Source of the DNA: Bacillota bacterium
Lineage (GTDB): Bacteria; Bacillota; Clostridia; Christensenellales; SZUA-584
DNA: 64,000 nucleotides
Assembly (NCBI GenBank): GCA_023412005.1
Contig: JAEYOE010000014.1
Span: forward strand, 4,890 to 68,889
Direction: 5' to 3'
The notes beneath the pieces are model-generated. The model worked only from the letters and a program-made list of their open reading frames with translations. It was not told the DNA's origin and did not search any database. Numbering within the stretch: position 1 is the stretch's first letter; every line of letters starts with the position of its first letter. Shown in pieces: positions 46,840 through 57,193 of this stretch. The position numbers and the translations under genes are program-made.

Positions 46840-49800
46840 ATGAGTGAAATCATGACGCCAATGCCGTTTTCTCAGCTGATCGGATGGATGCTGGACGAAT
46901 ACCGTATGCAAGACAGCGTATTTGGCGTACATAAGAATAAATTCTACAAGTCAAAAAAAGCTATTACTATTCTCGGTGCAGAGCTTGGCAGCCCGCTCGG
47001 GCCCGCTGCCGGGCCGAACACACAGCTGGCTCAGAATCTCGTCGCGTCTTACGTGGCGGGCTTTCGCTTTTTTGAGCTGAAAACTGTGCAGACGATGGAC
47101 GGGGAGGATTTGAGAAAGTGCATCCCGCGCCCGTGCATCAACGCGCAGGACGAAGGCTATAACTGCGAATGGTCTACCGAGCTTACCGTGCGGCAGGCTT
47201 ATGAGGAATACGTGAAGGGCTGGATTGCGCTGCATGTGGCAATGAAGGAATTCGGCCTTGCTGACAGCGTCGATTTTCTTTTTAACATGAGTGTCGGGTA
47301 CGATTTTGAGGGCATCACATCTGAAAAAATCGATTCGTATATCAACAATATGGAAAATGCCGAAAGCACAGATATATGGGCGCAGTGCAAGGCCTATTTG
47401 CTTAACAACTTAAGCCTGTTTGAAAACGTTACAGCCGAGTATATCGAACAGATATCGCCGACCGTATCGTCGTCGATCACGCTCTCCACACTGCACGGCT
47501 GCCCGCCGCAGGAGATTGAAAAAATCGCGCATTATTTTCTCACCGTCAAGAAGATGGATACCTACATCAAGGTGAACCCGACGCTGCTCGGGTACGATTT
47601 TGTGCGCGGCATACTGAATCAACTCGGCTATGGCTACATCACGTTTGACAATCGGCATTTCGAGCAGGATTTAAAGTTTGATGATGCTGTTAAGCTGATT
47701 GAACGATTGATGGAAACAGCGAAGCATGAAAACCTCGCCTTTGGTGTGAAGGTCTCGAATACGTTCCCGGTAATGATTAAGGACGGCGAACTGCCCGGTG
47801 AGTTCATGTATATGTCGGGTCGGGCACTTTTCCCGCTCAGCATCAACGTGGCCGCAAAGCTCAGCAGCCATTTTAACGGCACGCTGCCCATTTCGTATTC
47901 GGGCGGTGCGGATTCTTTCAATATAGAAAAAATACTCAAAACAGGTATCAAGCCCGTCACGTTCGCAACGACGATATTAAAACCCGGCGGTTACTCACGC
48001 GCCAAGCAGCTCAGCACAAAAGCAGAGGCAGTGGCATATTCGGGCGATGGAATTGATGTTGACGCGCTTAATGAGCTGGCGCAAAGTGTGCTGACGGATA
48101 AACACATCATGAAAGACGCGCGCGAGGTCAAGTCTCGCAAAACCGCGTCAACGCTGCCGTTGTTTGATTGCTTTAAAGCACCGTGCAAGCAGGGCGGCTG
48201 CCCGATTGAGCAGCAGATACCGGAGTACTTGCAGCTTGTGTCAGCAGGAGACTATGAAAAAGCGTTTGACATTATCGCGATTGACAACGCCGCGCCCGCT
48301 GTAACAGCGCAGATTTGCAGCCATATATGCCAGAGCAAATGCACGCGCGTGGATTACGATTCACCCTTGCAGGTACGGCAGGCCAAAAAGCTGGCCGTGC
48401 AAAATGCACAGCAAAAGTATATTGATGATATCAAGCCCACAACGCTTAAGACGGATAAAAAGGTGGCGGTGATCGGTGCCGGGCCTGCAGGCATTGCCGC
48501 AGGTTATTATCTGCGGCGCAACGGCGTAGCTGTAACGGTGTTTGAAAAGCGCGGGAAGCCGATGGGCATTGTGGAATACGTGATTCCGGCATTTCGCATT
48601 TCGCAGCAGGCCATTGATTTAGATTATCAAATGGCCGTTAAAACAGGCGTTGAATTCGTGTTTGGTGTTGATGAAAAAATCGATATTGAAGCACTCAAAA
48701 AGAGCTATGATTACATCATTATCGCGACGGGCGCTTGGAAGGAAAGCGCCTGCCCGGTTAAAACAGGTGGCGAAAACCTGATAGACGCGCTGGATTTTCT
48801 GGAACGTTCGAAAGCGACTGATTGCAACATAGATCTTGGAGAATCCGTCGCTGTGATCGGCGGCGGCGATGTTGCGATGGACTGCGCAAGAGCGGCAAAA
48901 CGCGCATCCGGTTCTCCTAAAGTGAGCATCGTTTACCGTCGCACGAAGGATTTTATGCCCGCCGAAGCCGAGGAGAAGCATCTCGCGATGGCCGACGGCA
49001 TCAATTTCCTTGAGCTGCTCGCACCCGTAAGTTACGAAAACGGCGTGCTGACAGTGGAAGTGATGCAGCTCGGTGACCGGGATGCGGACGGACGGCGCAA
49101 GGTGGTGCCGACCGGCGAAACAAAAACGCTCAAATTTGATACGGTGATCAGCGCGGTGGGTGCGCGGGTGGATACATCAGTGTTCGAAAAGCTCGGCATG
49201 AAGCAAACCGGACGCGGTTATGCGGCGGTTAATGACAATAACGAAACGAGCCTCGAAGGCGTTTATATAGCAGGAGACTGCCGCGACGGTGCGGCGACCA
49301 TCGTGCAGGCCATGGCCGATTCAAAACACATCGCCATCGATATACTCGGCAAGCTCGGTATCGCGCACGATTTTAAGCGTGTCGATAGGCTTACGGATGA
49401 ACAGGAAATTCGAGACAGCAGAGCGGTGCTCGAAGACGCGAAGTCGAATCAAAAGGACGCGGGCAGATGCCTTGCGTGTGACGTGGTCTGCGAAATCTGC
49501 TGCGAGGTGTGCCCGAACAGGGCGAATGTCAGCATCACGTCGGCAGGCAAGCGGCAGATTGTGCATATCGACGGTATGTGCAACGAATGCGGCAATTGCG
49601 GCATATTCTGCCCGCACACAGGGCTGCCCTATAAGGATAAGTTTACGCTCTTCTGGGATAAGGAAGGTTTTGACGACAGCACCAATAAAGGAGTCATGTT
49701 TATGGGCGGCGGTCAAGTGCTCGTGCGGGACGAATGCGGCGATGTCTTCACCTGCGGCGAGAACGATGAGGGGTTGTCTGATACGTATAAAGCCATGATC

Positions 49801-49851
49801 ACCGCGATCAAGCAGAGCTACGGCTATCTGATAACAGAAAGCACCAACTAG
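46840..49851 (+). CDS. ygfK: YgfK-type Fe-S / FAD oxidoreductase (putative selenate reductase subunit family)
   Basis: 1003 aa. DHODH/DPD-like N-terminal half, a dinucleotide fold VAVIGAGPAGIAAG, and C-terminal Cys clusters CxxCxxCxxxCP. Confidence 0.8.
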   Translation: MSEIMTPMPFSQLIGWMLDEYRMQDSVFGVHKNKFYKSKKAITILGAELGSPLGPAAGPNTQLAQNLVASYVAGFRFFELKTVQTMDGEDLRKCIPRPCINAQDEGYNCEWSTELTVRQAYEEYVKGWIALHVAMKEFGLADSVDFLFNMSVGYDFEGITSEKIDSYINNMENAESTDIWAQCKAYLLNNLSLFENVTAEYIEQISPTVSSSITLSTLHGCPPQEIEKIAHYFLTVKKMDTYIKVNPTLLGYDFVRGILNQLGYGYITFDNRHFEQDLKFDDAVKLIERLMETAKHENLAFGVKVSNTFPVMIKDGELPGEFMYMSGRALFPLSINVAAKLSSHFNGTLPISYSGGADSFNIEKILKTGIKPVTFATTILKPGGYSRAKQLSTKAEAVAYSGDGIDVDALNELAQSVLTDKHIMKDAREVKSRKTASTLPLFDCFKAPCKQGGCPIEQQIPEYLQLVSAGDYEKAFDIIAIDNAAPAVTAQICSHICQSKCTRVDYDSPLQVRQAKKLAVQNAQQKYIDDIKPTTLKTDKKVAVIGAGPAGIAAGYYLRRNGVAVTVFEKRGKPMGIVEYVIPAFRISQQAIDLDYQMAVKTGVEFVFGVDEKIDIEALKKSYDYIIIATGAWKESACPVKTGGENLIDALDFLERSKATDCNIDLGESVAVIGGGDVAMDCARAAKRASGSPKVSIVYRRTKDFMPAEAEEKHLAMADGINFLELLAPVSYENGVLTVEVMQLGDRDADGRRKVVPTGETKTLKFDTVISAVGARVDTSVFEKLGMKQTGRGYAAVNDNNETSLEGVYIAGDCRDGAATIVQAMADSKHIAIDILGKLGIAHDFKRVDRLTDEQEIRDSRAVLEDAKSNQKDAGRCLACDVVCEICCEVCPNRANVSITSAGKRQIVHIDGMCNECGNCGIFCPHTGLPYKDKFTLFWDKEGFDDSTNKGVMFMGGGQVLVRDECGDVFTCGENDEGLSDTYKAMITAIKQSYGYLITESTN

Positions 49852-49878
49852 GATATAAGTTACCGTAAGGAGGGCGTT

Positions 49879-52446
49879 ATGGTCACATTGGAAATCAACG
49901 GTACGCTTATACGCACGGACGTCGATAAAAATCTGCTGTCCTTCTTAAGAGACGATTTAAAGTTCAAATCCGTTAAGGACGGCTGCAGAGAGGGCGCATG
50001 CGGCACATGCAGCGTGTTAATTGACGGCATCTCAAAACGCGCTTGCACACAGTCTGTACAAAAGCTGGACGGCAAACGCGTCATCACTGTCGAGGGGCTG
50101 TCGGATTACGAAAAGCAGGTGTACGCGTACTGCTTTGCCAAAGCGGGCGCGGTGCAATGCGGGTTTTGCATCCCGGGCATGGTTATTAGTGCCAAGGGGC
50201 TGCTCGACAAGAACCCGTCGCCGACTCCGCAGGAAATCTGCAAGGCGCTGGTGGGCAACATTTGCCGCTGCACAGGCTACAAGAAGATTGTTGAAGCAAT
50301 ATTCATAGCGGCTGATTTCATAAGAGAATACAAAACCGTTCCCGAGCATCACTCCACGGGACGAATCATGGAAGAGGTATTCAGGCTGGACGCCTATGCG
50401 AAGACGCTAGGAACCGGAGAATATGTTGACGATATCGATCTGCCCGACATGGTATATGCCGGCGCGGTCAGAAGCGCGTACCCGCGCGCTGTCGTCAACG
50501 ATATCGATACATCCAAAGCAATGGCATATCCGGGGGTTATCGCGGTGATCACCGCAAGTGACATACCCGGCAGCAACAAATGCGGCCACATCGTGAAGGA
50601 TTGGGACACATTAATCGCCAAGGGCGATACCACACGTTACGTGGGAGATTCGGTTGCGCTCGTCGTTGCCGAAACAAAGGAAGCGCTTGAGGCTGCGAAA
50701 AAACTCGTTGATGTCAGCTACACGCCGCTGGCTCCCATTACATCGCCGCGCATGGCGCTGGAAGAGGACGCGCCGAAGCTGCATGAATCGGGAAACGTGC
50801 TGCGGCACGACCGTGTGAAGCGCGGTGATAACATCGATGACGTTTTTGCTAAGTCTAAATATGTGGTGAGCCATGTTTATAAAACCCCGTTCACCGAGCA
50901 TGCGTTTATGGAGCCCGAATGCGCGGTGTGCCGATGCGACGGCGACAGCCTCACGCTTTACACAGGCAGCCAGAATATTTTCGATGAGCAGCGCGAGATA
51001 TGCCATATACTCGGGCTGCCTGCTGAAAAAGTTCATATCATCAGCAAGCTGGTGGGCGGCGGCTTTGGCGGCAAGGAAGACATGAGTGTGCAGCATCACG
51101 CGGCGCTCGCGTCGTATATCACCAAGCGCACGGTGAAGGTAAAGCTCTCCCGGCAGGAAAGCATCATCGTTCACCCCAAGCGCCACGCGATGGAAATTGA
51201 GATGACAACCGCATGCGATGAAAACGGTATGCTCACCGGCATGAAAGCGCGCATTCTCTCAGACACGGGCGCGTACGCCTCTCTCGGCGGGCCGGTGGTG
51301 CAGCGTGCGTGCACACACGCAGCCGGGCCGTATTATTACCCGAGTGTGGATATTGAAGGCAAGGCCGTTTACACGAATAACCCGCCGGGCGGCGCATTTC
51401 GCGGCTTCGGCGTAACGCAGAGCCTGTTCGCGACGGAATGCAACCTCAATGAACTGGCGAAAATGGCGGGAATATCGCCATGGGAGATACGCTGGCGTAA
51501 CGCGATTGAGCCGGATGGCATATTGCCCAATGGACAGATTGCCGATAAAACAACGGCCTATAAGGAGTGCCTGCATGCTGTGAAAGATGCGTATGAAAGC
51601 GCCAAAATCGCCGGCATCGCAGGTGCGATTAAAAATACCGGCCTCGGCGTGGGCGTTCCGGATACCGGACGCTGCATCGTGTCAGTTGAGCAGGGTAAGG
51701 TTCATCTGCGTACAGGCGCGGCACGCATCGGGCAGGGGCTTGATACGGTGGTGCTTCAGGTGGCATGCCAAACGCTTGAATTGCCGCCGGACACCTTCGT
51801 GGTGGAGCCGCCGGACACACAGCGCACGCCGAATTCAGGCACAACAACAGCATCGCGCCAAACGATGTTTACAGGCCAAGCCGTTAAAGACGCGTGCCTG
51901 AAGCTTAAATTAGAGCTGGATAAAGGCAAGGCGCTTACAGATTTGGAAGGAACAGAGTATTACGGCGAGTTCACCTGCGTGACCGACCCGATCACAACGG
52001 ATAAAGAGCATCCGTACAGCCATGCCGCATACACCTACGGCGTGCAGATGGTGGAGCTTTCTGCCGATGGCAAGGTCAGCAAGGTGACAGCGGTGTATGA
52101 CGCGGGGCAGGTCATCAATCAAAAAAGCGCCGAGGGACAGGTGGAAGGCGGCATTGTGATGGGCCTGGGGTACGCACTGACGGAGGATTATCCGCTGGTG
52201 AACGGCGTGCCGCAGGCGACGTATGCGAAGCTCGGTCTCTTCCGTTCCAACGCGATGCCAGAGATGGACGTTCTGTTTGTCAGCAAGGATTATAAATCCG
52301 ATGTGGCTTACGGCGCAAAGGGGATAGGCGAAATTGCGACGATACCCACAGCGCCTGCTGTGGCCGGTGCGTATTACAAGCTGGACGGGATAATGAGAAC
52401 GTCATTGCCGCTTGATAATACCGCGTACAGAAAGCAGGGCAAATAG
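49879..52446 (+). CDS. Fused [2Fe-2S] plus molybdopterin-binding hydroxylase (XdhD-like, selenium-dependent type)
   Basis: N-terminal CREGACGTCSV and CGFCIPG ferredoxin motifs, then an aldehyde oxidase / xanthine dehydrogenase Mo domain (GGGFGGKE, GEIA). 855 aa. Confidence 0.8.
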   Translation: MVTLEINGTLIRTDVDKNLLSFLRDDLKFKSVKDGCREGACGTCSVLIDGISKRACTQSVQKLDGKRVITVEGLSDYEKQVYAYCFAKAGAVQCGFCIPGMVISAKGLLDKNPSPTPQEICKALVGNICRCTGYKKIVEAIFIAADFIREYKTVPEHHSTGRIMEEVFRLDAYAKTLGTGEYVDDIDLPDMVYAGAVRSAYPRAVVNDIDTSKAMAYPGVIAVITASDIPGSNKCGHIVKDWDTLIAKGDTTRYVGDSVALVVAETKEALEAAKKLVDVSYTPLAPITSPRMALEEDAPKLHESGNVLRHDRVKRGDNIDDVFAKSKYVVSHVYKTPFTEHAFMEPECAVCRCDGDSLTLYTGSQNIFDEQREICHILGLPAEKVHIISKLVGGGFGGKEDMSVQHHAALASYITKRTVKVKLSRQESIIVHPKRHAMEIEMTTACDENGMLTGMKARILSDTGAYASLGGPVVQRACTHAAGPYYYPSVDIEGKAVYTNNPPGGAFRGFGVTQSLFATECNLNELAKMAGISPWEIRWRNAIEPDGILPNGQIADKTTAYKECLHAVKDAYESAKIAGIAGAIKNTGLGVGVPDTGRCIVSVEQGKVHLRTGAARIGQGLDTVVLQVACQTLELPPDTFVVEPPDTQRTPNSGTTTASRQTMFTGQAVKDACLKLKLELDKGKALTDLEGTEYYGEFTCVTDPITTDKEHPYSHAAYTYGVQMVELSADGKVSKVTAVYDAGQVINQKSAEGQVEGGIVMGLGYALTEDYPLVNGVPQATYAKLGLFRSNAMPEMDVLFVSKDYKSDVAYGAKGIGEIATIPTAPAVAGAYYKLDGIMRTSLPLDNTAYRKQGK

Positions 52447-53817
52447 ATGGTCATCAAGAACGGACGTGTGGTAACGGAAGACAGCGTTATCGAAGCAGAC
52501 ATACTGATCAAAAACGGACTCATCGTTAATATCGGCAGCGGTTTAACTGATACTGAAACGATCAACGCAGCCGGGAATTATGTGCTGCCCGGGGGCATTG
52601 ACGTGCACACGCATCTGAATCTTGATGTCGGCATTGCGGTCGCTCAGGACGATTTTTATACAGGCACCGTGGCGGCGGCCTGCGGCGGCACCACTACGAT
52701 TGTTGATCATCCGGGGTTTGGCCCAACGGGCTGCGCGCTTGATCATCAGATTAATCTGTATCATGAATATGCGCGCGGCAAAGCAGTTGTCGATTACAGC
52801 TTTCATGGCGTGATCCAGCATGTGAATGACAATGTGCTGACCATTATGGAAACGCTGATTGAGCAAGGCATCACGAGCCACAAGATATACATGACGTACG
52901 GCTATAAGATGACGGATGAAGACATCTACGCCGTTTTGAAGCGGGCCAAGGAACTCGGCGTAATGGTCACCGTTCATCCCGAAAACGACGCGCTGGTTAA
53001 TGCGCGGCGCAGGGAATTGCCCGAGGCGGGATATACGGCTCCGAAATACCACGCGGTCAGCAGGCCCGAGGCATGCGAAGCCGAAGCGATATTCCGCGTG
53101 TCTCAGATATCGTCGGTTGTGGGGGATGCGCCGCTGTATATCGTGCATTTATCCAATCACTTGGGGATGCAGGCGGTCAATATAGCCAAGAAGAACGGGC
53201 TCAAAAATATATTTGTGGAGACTTGTCCGCAATACCTGTTGCTTGATGATTCATACTATGAGCGAGAAGACGGGCTGAAATATGTGCTGAGCCCGCCGCT
53301 GCGTAATAAAGTGAACAATGCGCTGCTTTGGGACGATATCATTGCAGGAGATATCAATACAATCGCAACGGATCACTGCCCGTTCGACTATACGCTTAAA
53401 ACGAAGCTCGGAAAAGATGATTTTTCAAAATGCCCGAACGGTATGCCGGGCGTGGAGCTGCGATTCCCGCTTATGTTTTCGGAGGGTGTGCTGAAAGGGC
53501 GCATAACAGCCAATTCTTTTTCGAAGCTCTGCGCGACGAACCCCGCCAAGCTGTTTGGTCTGTATCCGAAAAAGGGCGTGATTAAAGAAGGCAGCGATGC
53601 CGATATCGTGATTATGGACACGAAGCGTGGATACGCCGTGTCTCACAACGCATTGCATGAAAACGTGGATTACACACCTTATGAAGGAATGCGATTGGAT
53701 TGCGGTATCGGCTGCGTGATCTCGCGCGGAGAGGTCATTGTTAAAAACAACTGCTATATCGGTGCAAAAGCGAGAGGACAGTTTGTCAAGCGCGGCAAAC
53801 CGATGCTCAGCGTTTAA
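52447..53817 (+). CDS. hyuA: Dihydropyrimidinase / D-hydantoinase family amidohydrolase
   Basis: PGGIDVHTHL at the start, a later TDHCPF motif, and GSDADIVIMD. 456 aa. Confidence 0.8.
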   Translation: MVIKNGRVVTEDSVIEADILIKNGLIVNIGSGLTDTETINAAGNYVLPGGIDVHTHLNLDVGIAVAQDDFYTGTVAAACGGTTTIVDHPGFGPTGCALDHQINLYHEYARGKAVVDYSFHGVIQHVNDNVLTIMETLIEQGITSHKIYMTYGYKMTDEDIYAVLKRAKELGVMVTVHPENDALVNARRRELPEAGYTAPKYHAVSRPEACEAEAIFRVSQISSVVGDAPLYIVHLSNHLGMQAVNIAKKNGLKNIFVETCPQYLLLDDSYYEREDGLKYVLSPPLRNKVNNALLWDDIIAGDINTIATDHCPFDYTLKTKLGKDDFSKCPNGMPGVELRFPLMFSEGVLKGRITANSFSKLCATNPAKLFGLYPKKGVIKEGSDADIVIMDTKRGYAVSHNALHENVDYTPYEGMRLDCGIGCVISRGEVIVKNNCYIGAKARGQFVKRGKPMLSV

Positions 53818-53852
53818 TAATAGATTTGTAAATACAGAAAAGGAGAAACACC

Positions 53853-55319
53853 ATGAAAAAATACGAACTGATTGATTTAACCATTGACGAAAAACGGCAG
53901 CAAAGTGCGGTTAAACGCGCGAAAGAGCGCAGCATTAAAATCCCGACCTTTGCGGAAATGAAAAATCCCGATCTGATAGATGGCAGCATTAAAAAACAGC
54001 TGAAAGATGTGGGCCTTTGGGATGTGAACCCATTAAACCTTTACCGCATTAACTGGCATAACGACCCGGTGGAAAAAGGCGGGGCTTTCGGCGATGTCAA
54101 CTATATCGAACTGCCCGAAGCGCTGACCGGTGTAAAAGCGAAGATCGTGGTGATCAGCGGAAAATGGTTCCCGACGGGCGCTCATAAGGTGGGTGCGGCG
54201 TTCAGCTGCCTCGTGCCAAGGCTCGTCACAGGCCAGTTCGACCCAACCACGCAAAAAGCGGTCTGGCCGTCTACCGGCAACTATTGCCGCGGCGGCGCTT
54301 ATGACTCTGCGCTGCTCGGGTGCGATTCCATCGCGATATTGCCGGAAGGCATGAGCAAGGAGCGATTTGAATGGCTCAAAACGGTCGCGGGTGAAACCAT
54401 CAAAACACCGGGCACCGAAAGCAACGTGAAAGAGATATTCGACAAGTGCTGGGAGCTGCGCAACTCCGGGCAGGATTTGATGATATTCAACCAGTTTGAA
54501 GAATTCGGCAACTACCTGTGGCATTATGAAATTACCGGCAGCGCGATTGAAGAAGTGCTCAATAAAGTGGGCGGCAATCTGCACGGGTATATCAGCTGCA
54601 CGGGCTCAGCGGGTACCATCGCGGCCGGCGATTACTTAAAGAAGATTTTCCCGAAGAGCCGTATCGCGGCCTCCGAGGCGCTGCAGTGCCCGACCATTTA
54701 CATGAACGGCTTCGGCGCACACCGCATCGAAGGCATCGGTGACAAGCATATCCCGTGGGTACACAATGTGAAAAACACGGATGTGGCTGTGGCGGTGGAT
54801 GACGAGATTCCAATGCAGTGGATCAGAATGTTTAACGAGCCGGAGGGCTTAAAGCTGTTGAAAGAAAAGGGCGTCAGCAGTGATGTGATTGATAAACTCA
54901 GCTGGGTCGGCATTTCGGGCGCGGCCAATATCGTCGCGGCGATCAAATATGCCAAGTATTTTGAGCTGAAAGAAAACGACACAGTGGTTACAATACTGAC
55001 CGATTCGATCGAGATGTACGGCAGCCGCTTAGCGGAGCTGAATGAAGAACATGGCAAGTTCGACGCATTTGCGGCCCACGAGGTGAATGCGCGTTACTTC
55101 GACGGCATTGGCATCGATTATTTGAAGGAACTCAACTACTATGATAGAAAGGCTGTGCACAACTTAAAATATTACACTTGGGTTGAGCAGCAGGGCAAAA
55201 CATACGATGAGATTCTTGCCCAGTGGGAAGACGACAGCTACTGGACGGATATTCCAAAGCATACACAGCAGCTTGATGAGCTCATTAAAGAGTTCAACAA
55301 GAAAGTCGCCGAGGCGTAA
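53853..55319 (+). CDS. PLP-dependent enzyme, tryptophan-synthase-beta / cysteine-synthase fold
   Basis: PTGAHKVGAAF is a candidate PLP lysine site, and STGNYCRGGA and GSAGTIAAG motifs are present. 488 aa. Function unknown. Confidence 0.6.
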   Translation: MKKYELIDLTIDEKRQQSAVKRAKERSIKIPTFAEMKNPDLIDGSIKKQLKDVGLWDVNPLNLYRINWHNDPVEKGGAFGDVNYIELPEALTGVKAKIVVISGKWFPTGAHKVGAAFSCLVPRLVTGQFDPTTQKAVWPSTGNYCRGGAYDSALLGCDSIAILPEGMSKERFEWLKTVAGETIKTPGTESNVKEIFDKCWELRNSGQDLMIFNQFEEFGNYLWHYEITGSAIEEVLNKVGGNLHGYISCTGSAGTIAAGDYLKKIFPKSRIAASEALQCPTIYMNGFGAHRIEGIGDKHIPWVHNVKNTDVAVAVDDEIPMQWIRMFNEPEGLKLLKEKGVSSDVIDKLSWVGISGAANIVAAIKYAKYFELKENDTVVTILTDSIEMYGSRLAELNEEHGKFDAFAAHEVNARYFDGIGIDYLKELNYYDRKAVHNLKYYTWVEQQGKTYDEILAQWEDDSYWTDIPKHTQQLDELIKEFNKKVAEA

Positions 55320-55323
55320 CGAT

Positions 55324-56523
55324 ATGGAACTGATCAAATACGCGCCGAATAAAAGAAAAACGGGCGCGTTTACGAAAGAGACTGAGCTTTTCTCGGAAAG
55401 CGCAGTGCAAAAGGTTTACCGCTTTCACAAATCGATGGGCAGCGCATATAACCAAACGCCGCTTGTCAGCCTGCAAAGCTTCGCCGCCTCGGCGGGGCTT
55501 GCGGGGTTTTATGTGAAGGATGAATCGCAGCGCGGCAACCTAAAGGCATTTAAGCTGCTGGGCGGTGCCTATGCGGTGGGCAGCAGCATCTGCAAAAAGC
55601 TCGGCAAGGATATCTCCGATGTGGATTTTAGTTATCTGAAATCCGCCGAGGTGAAGCAACAACTGGGCGACCTCGTTTTCGCGGCCGCGTCAGACGGCAA
55701 CCACGGTAAATCCGTCGCGTGGGCGGCGCATGAATTCAACCAGAAGGCCATCGTCTACATGCCTAAAGGCACCGTGCAGGACAGAATCGACGCCATTGAG
55801 CGCTACGGCGGCACGGTTGTGGTGTCGGACGACAACTATGACTGGTGTGTGCGTGAGGTGAACCGGCTGGCGGCAGAAGAGGGCTGGGAGGTTGTGCTTG
55901 ATACCGCAAGCGAGGGCGATGCGCAGGTAGCCACATGGGTGATGCAGGGGTACGCCACGATGGGACATGAAGCGATTTTGCAGCTAAACGGCGTGGTACC
56001 GACGCATCTATTTTTGCAGGCTGGTGTCGGCTCGATGGCCGCTGCAATGACAGCCGTGTTCGCCAACCATTACGGTGATAGGTGCCCGAAAATATTCATA
56101 CTCGAGCCGCATCAGGCCGCATGCTATTATGAATCGGGTCTCAGAAACGACGGTACCGCGTGCAGCGTGGACGGCGATATGGACAGTATTATGGCCGGTT
56201 TATCGTGCGGTGTGCCAAACCCGATCTCGTGGGAGATCATACGCAATTTTGCGGATGGGTTCTTTTCGTGTGACGACGTGTTAACAGCGAACGGCATGCG
56301 CATACTCGGTAATCCGCTCGGAGATGATAAACGGGTGATCGCCGGTGAGTCGGGCGCAATCGGGACAGGCTTTGCGGATGAGCTGATGAATCACCGGCCC
56401 GAGCTGGCCGCACAGATCGGCCTTGATGCCGATTCGACAGTGCTGGTATTCAGCACTGAGGGCGATACGGATACGAAGAATTACCGCGATGTTGTGTGGT
56501 ACGGCAAATACGCGCGCCCATGA
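55324..56523 (+). CDS. ygeX: Diaminopropionate ammonia-lyase
   Basis: YVKDESQRGNLKAFKLLGGAYAV and SDGNHGKSVAWAA motifs. Start moved to the ATG at 55324, since the ORF-track start overlaps the preceding gene. Confidence 0.85.
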   Translation: MELIKYAPNKRKTGAFTKETELFSESAVQKVYRFHKSMGSAYNQTPLVSLQSFAASAGLAGFYVKDESQRGNLKAFKLLGGAYAVGSSICKKLGKDISDVDFSYLKSAEVKQQLGDLVFAAASDGNHGKSVAWAAHEFNQKAIVYMPKGTVQDRIDAIERYGGTVVVSDDNYDWCVREVNRLAAEEGWEVVLDTASEGDAQVATWVMQGYATMGHEAILQLNGVVPTHLFLQAGVGSMAAAMTAVFANHYGDRCPKIFILEPHQAACYYESGLRNDGTACSVDGDMDSIMAGLSCGVPNPISWEIIRNFADGFFSCDDVLTANGMRILGNPLGDDKRVIAGESGAIGTGFADELMNHRPELAAQIGLDADSTVLVFSTEGDTDTKNYRDVVWYGKYARP

Positions 56524-56524
56524 T

Positions 56525-57121
56525 TCAGTGTAACCGCTGCGGCTCGGCCTCCAGCAGAGCGTTGATTTCTCTGAAATGCTCCGGTGTGTCGATATCACGT
56601 AGTTGAGATGTATCGAAAACAGTATGGCGACGAAGCATATCCGGATGGCGGCTGATCACCGTCTTTCCGGCTTCATCGCCGTTTAAGCTGATGAGTTCTT
56701 CAAAAAGCACAGATGGAAAAATGTTGGGGTTGCCGGTAACGCCGCCGCTTTCCAGCGTCAGTATGGTGCCCGGTTCATACTTTTTCAGCATATGCAGCAG
56801 CGTATCTCTTTGCAGCAGCGGCTGGTCGGCCACGCAAAACATGCAGGCGTCGGCAGGGCCAAGCGCCTCTAGCCCCATGCGTATGCTTAAGGACGCGCCA
56901 AGCTCCGGTCTGTCGTTGATAACGCCTTCAAAGCCGTAGCGCTCCCCGGTTCGTAAAAGCTCGTTGTTGGCCGCAACGATGATGCGCTTATGGAAGGGCT
57001 CATTTGGCAGACTCGCTAAAATGTACTCGATGATCGGTTTATCTATTAGAATCGTATTCAGCTTGTTGCCGCCAAAGCGCGATCCTGCGCCGGCAGCCAG
57101 CAGTATACAGCCGACTTTCAT
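56525..57121 (-). CDS. MobA-like NTP transferase, molybdenum hydroxylase accessory protein (YgfJ/MocA type)
   Basis: ILLAAGAGSRFGGNKL N-terminus. 198 aa. Confidence 0.75.
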   Translation of the reverse strand: MKVGCILLAAGAGSRFGGNKLNTILIDKPIIEYILASLPNEPFHKRIIVAANNELLRTGERYGFEGVINDRPELGASLSIRMGLEALGPADACMFCVADQPLLQRDTLLHMLKKYEPGTILTLESGGVTGNPNIFPSVLFEELISLNGDEAGKTVISRHPDMLRRHTVFDTSQLRDIDTPEHFREINALLEAEPQRLH

Positions 57122-57193
57122 GATGTGTTGTCCTTTGTTTTTTTAGTTATTATACCCCGATGTTCAATTATTGACAAACGAAAGGGGAAGAAT

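Noticed and set aside
55183-55323. 5' extensions of ORF-track calls: ygeX at 55183, sdaAA at 57774, sdaAB at 57125, yunB at 6738, mtnA at 17252, ygeW at 43334.
   Set aside because: The extensions overlap the preceding gene or lack an SD. Internal ATGs with good SDs coincide with the start of family homology.
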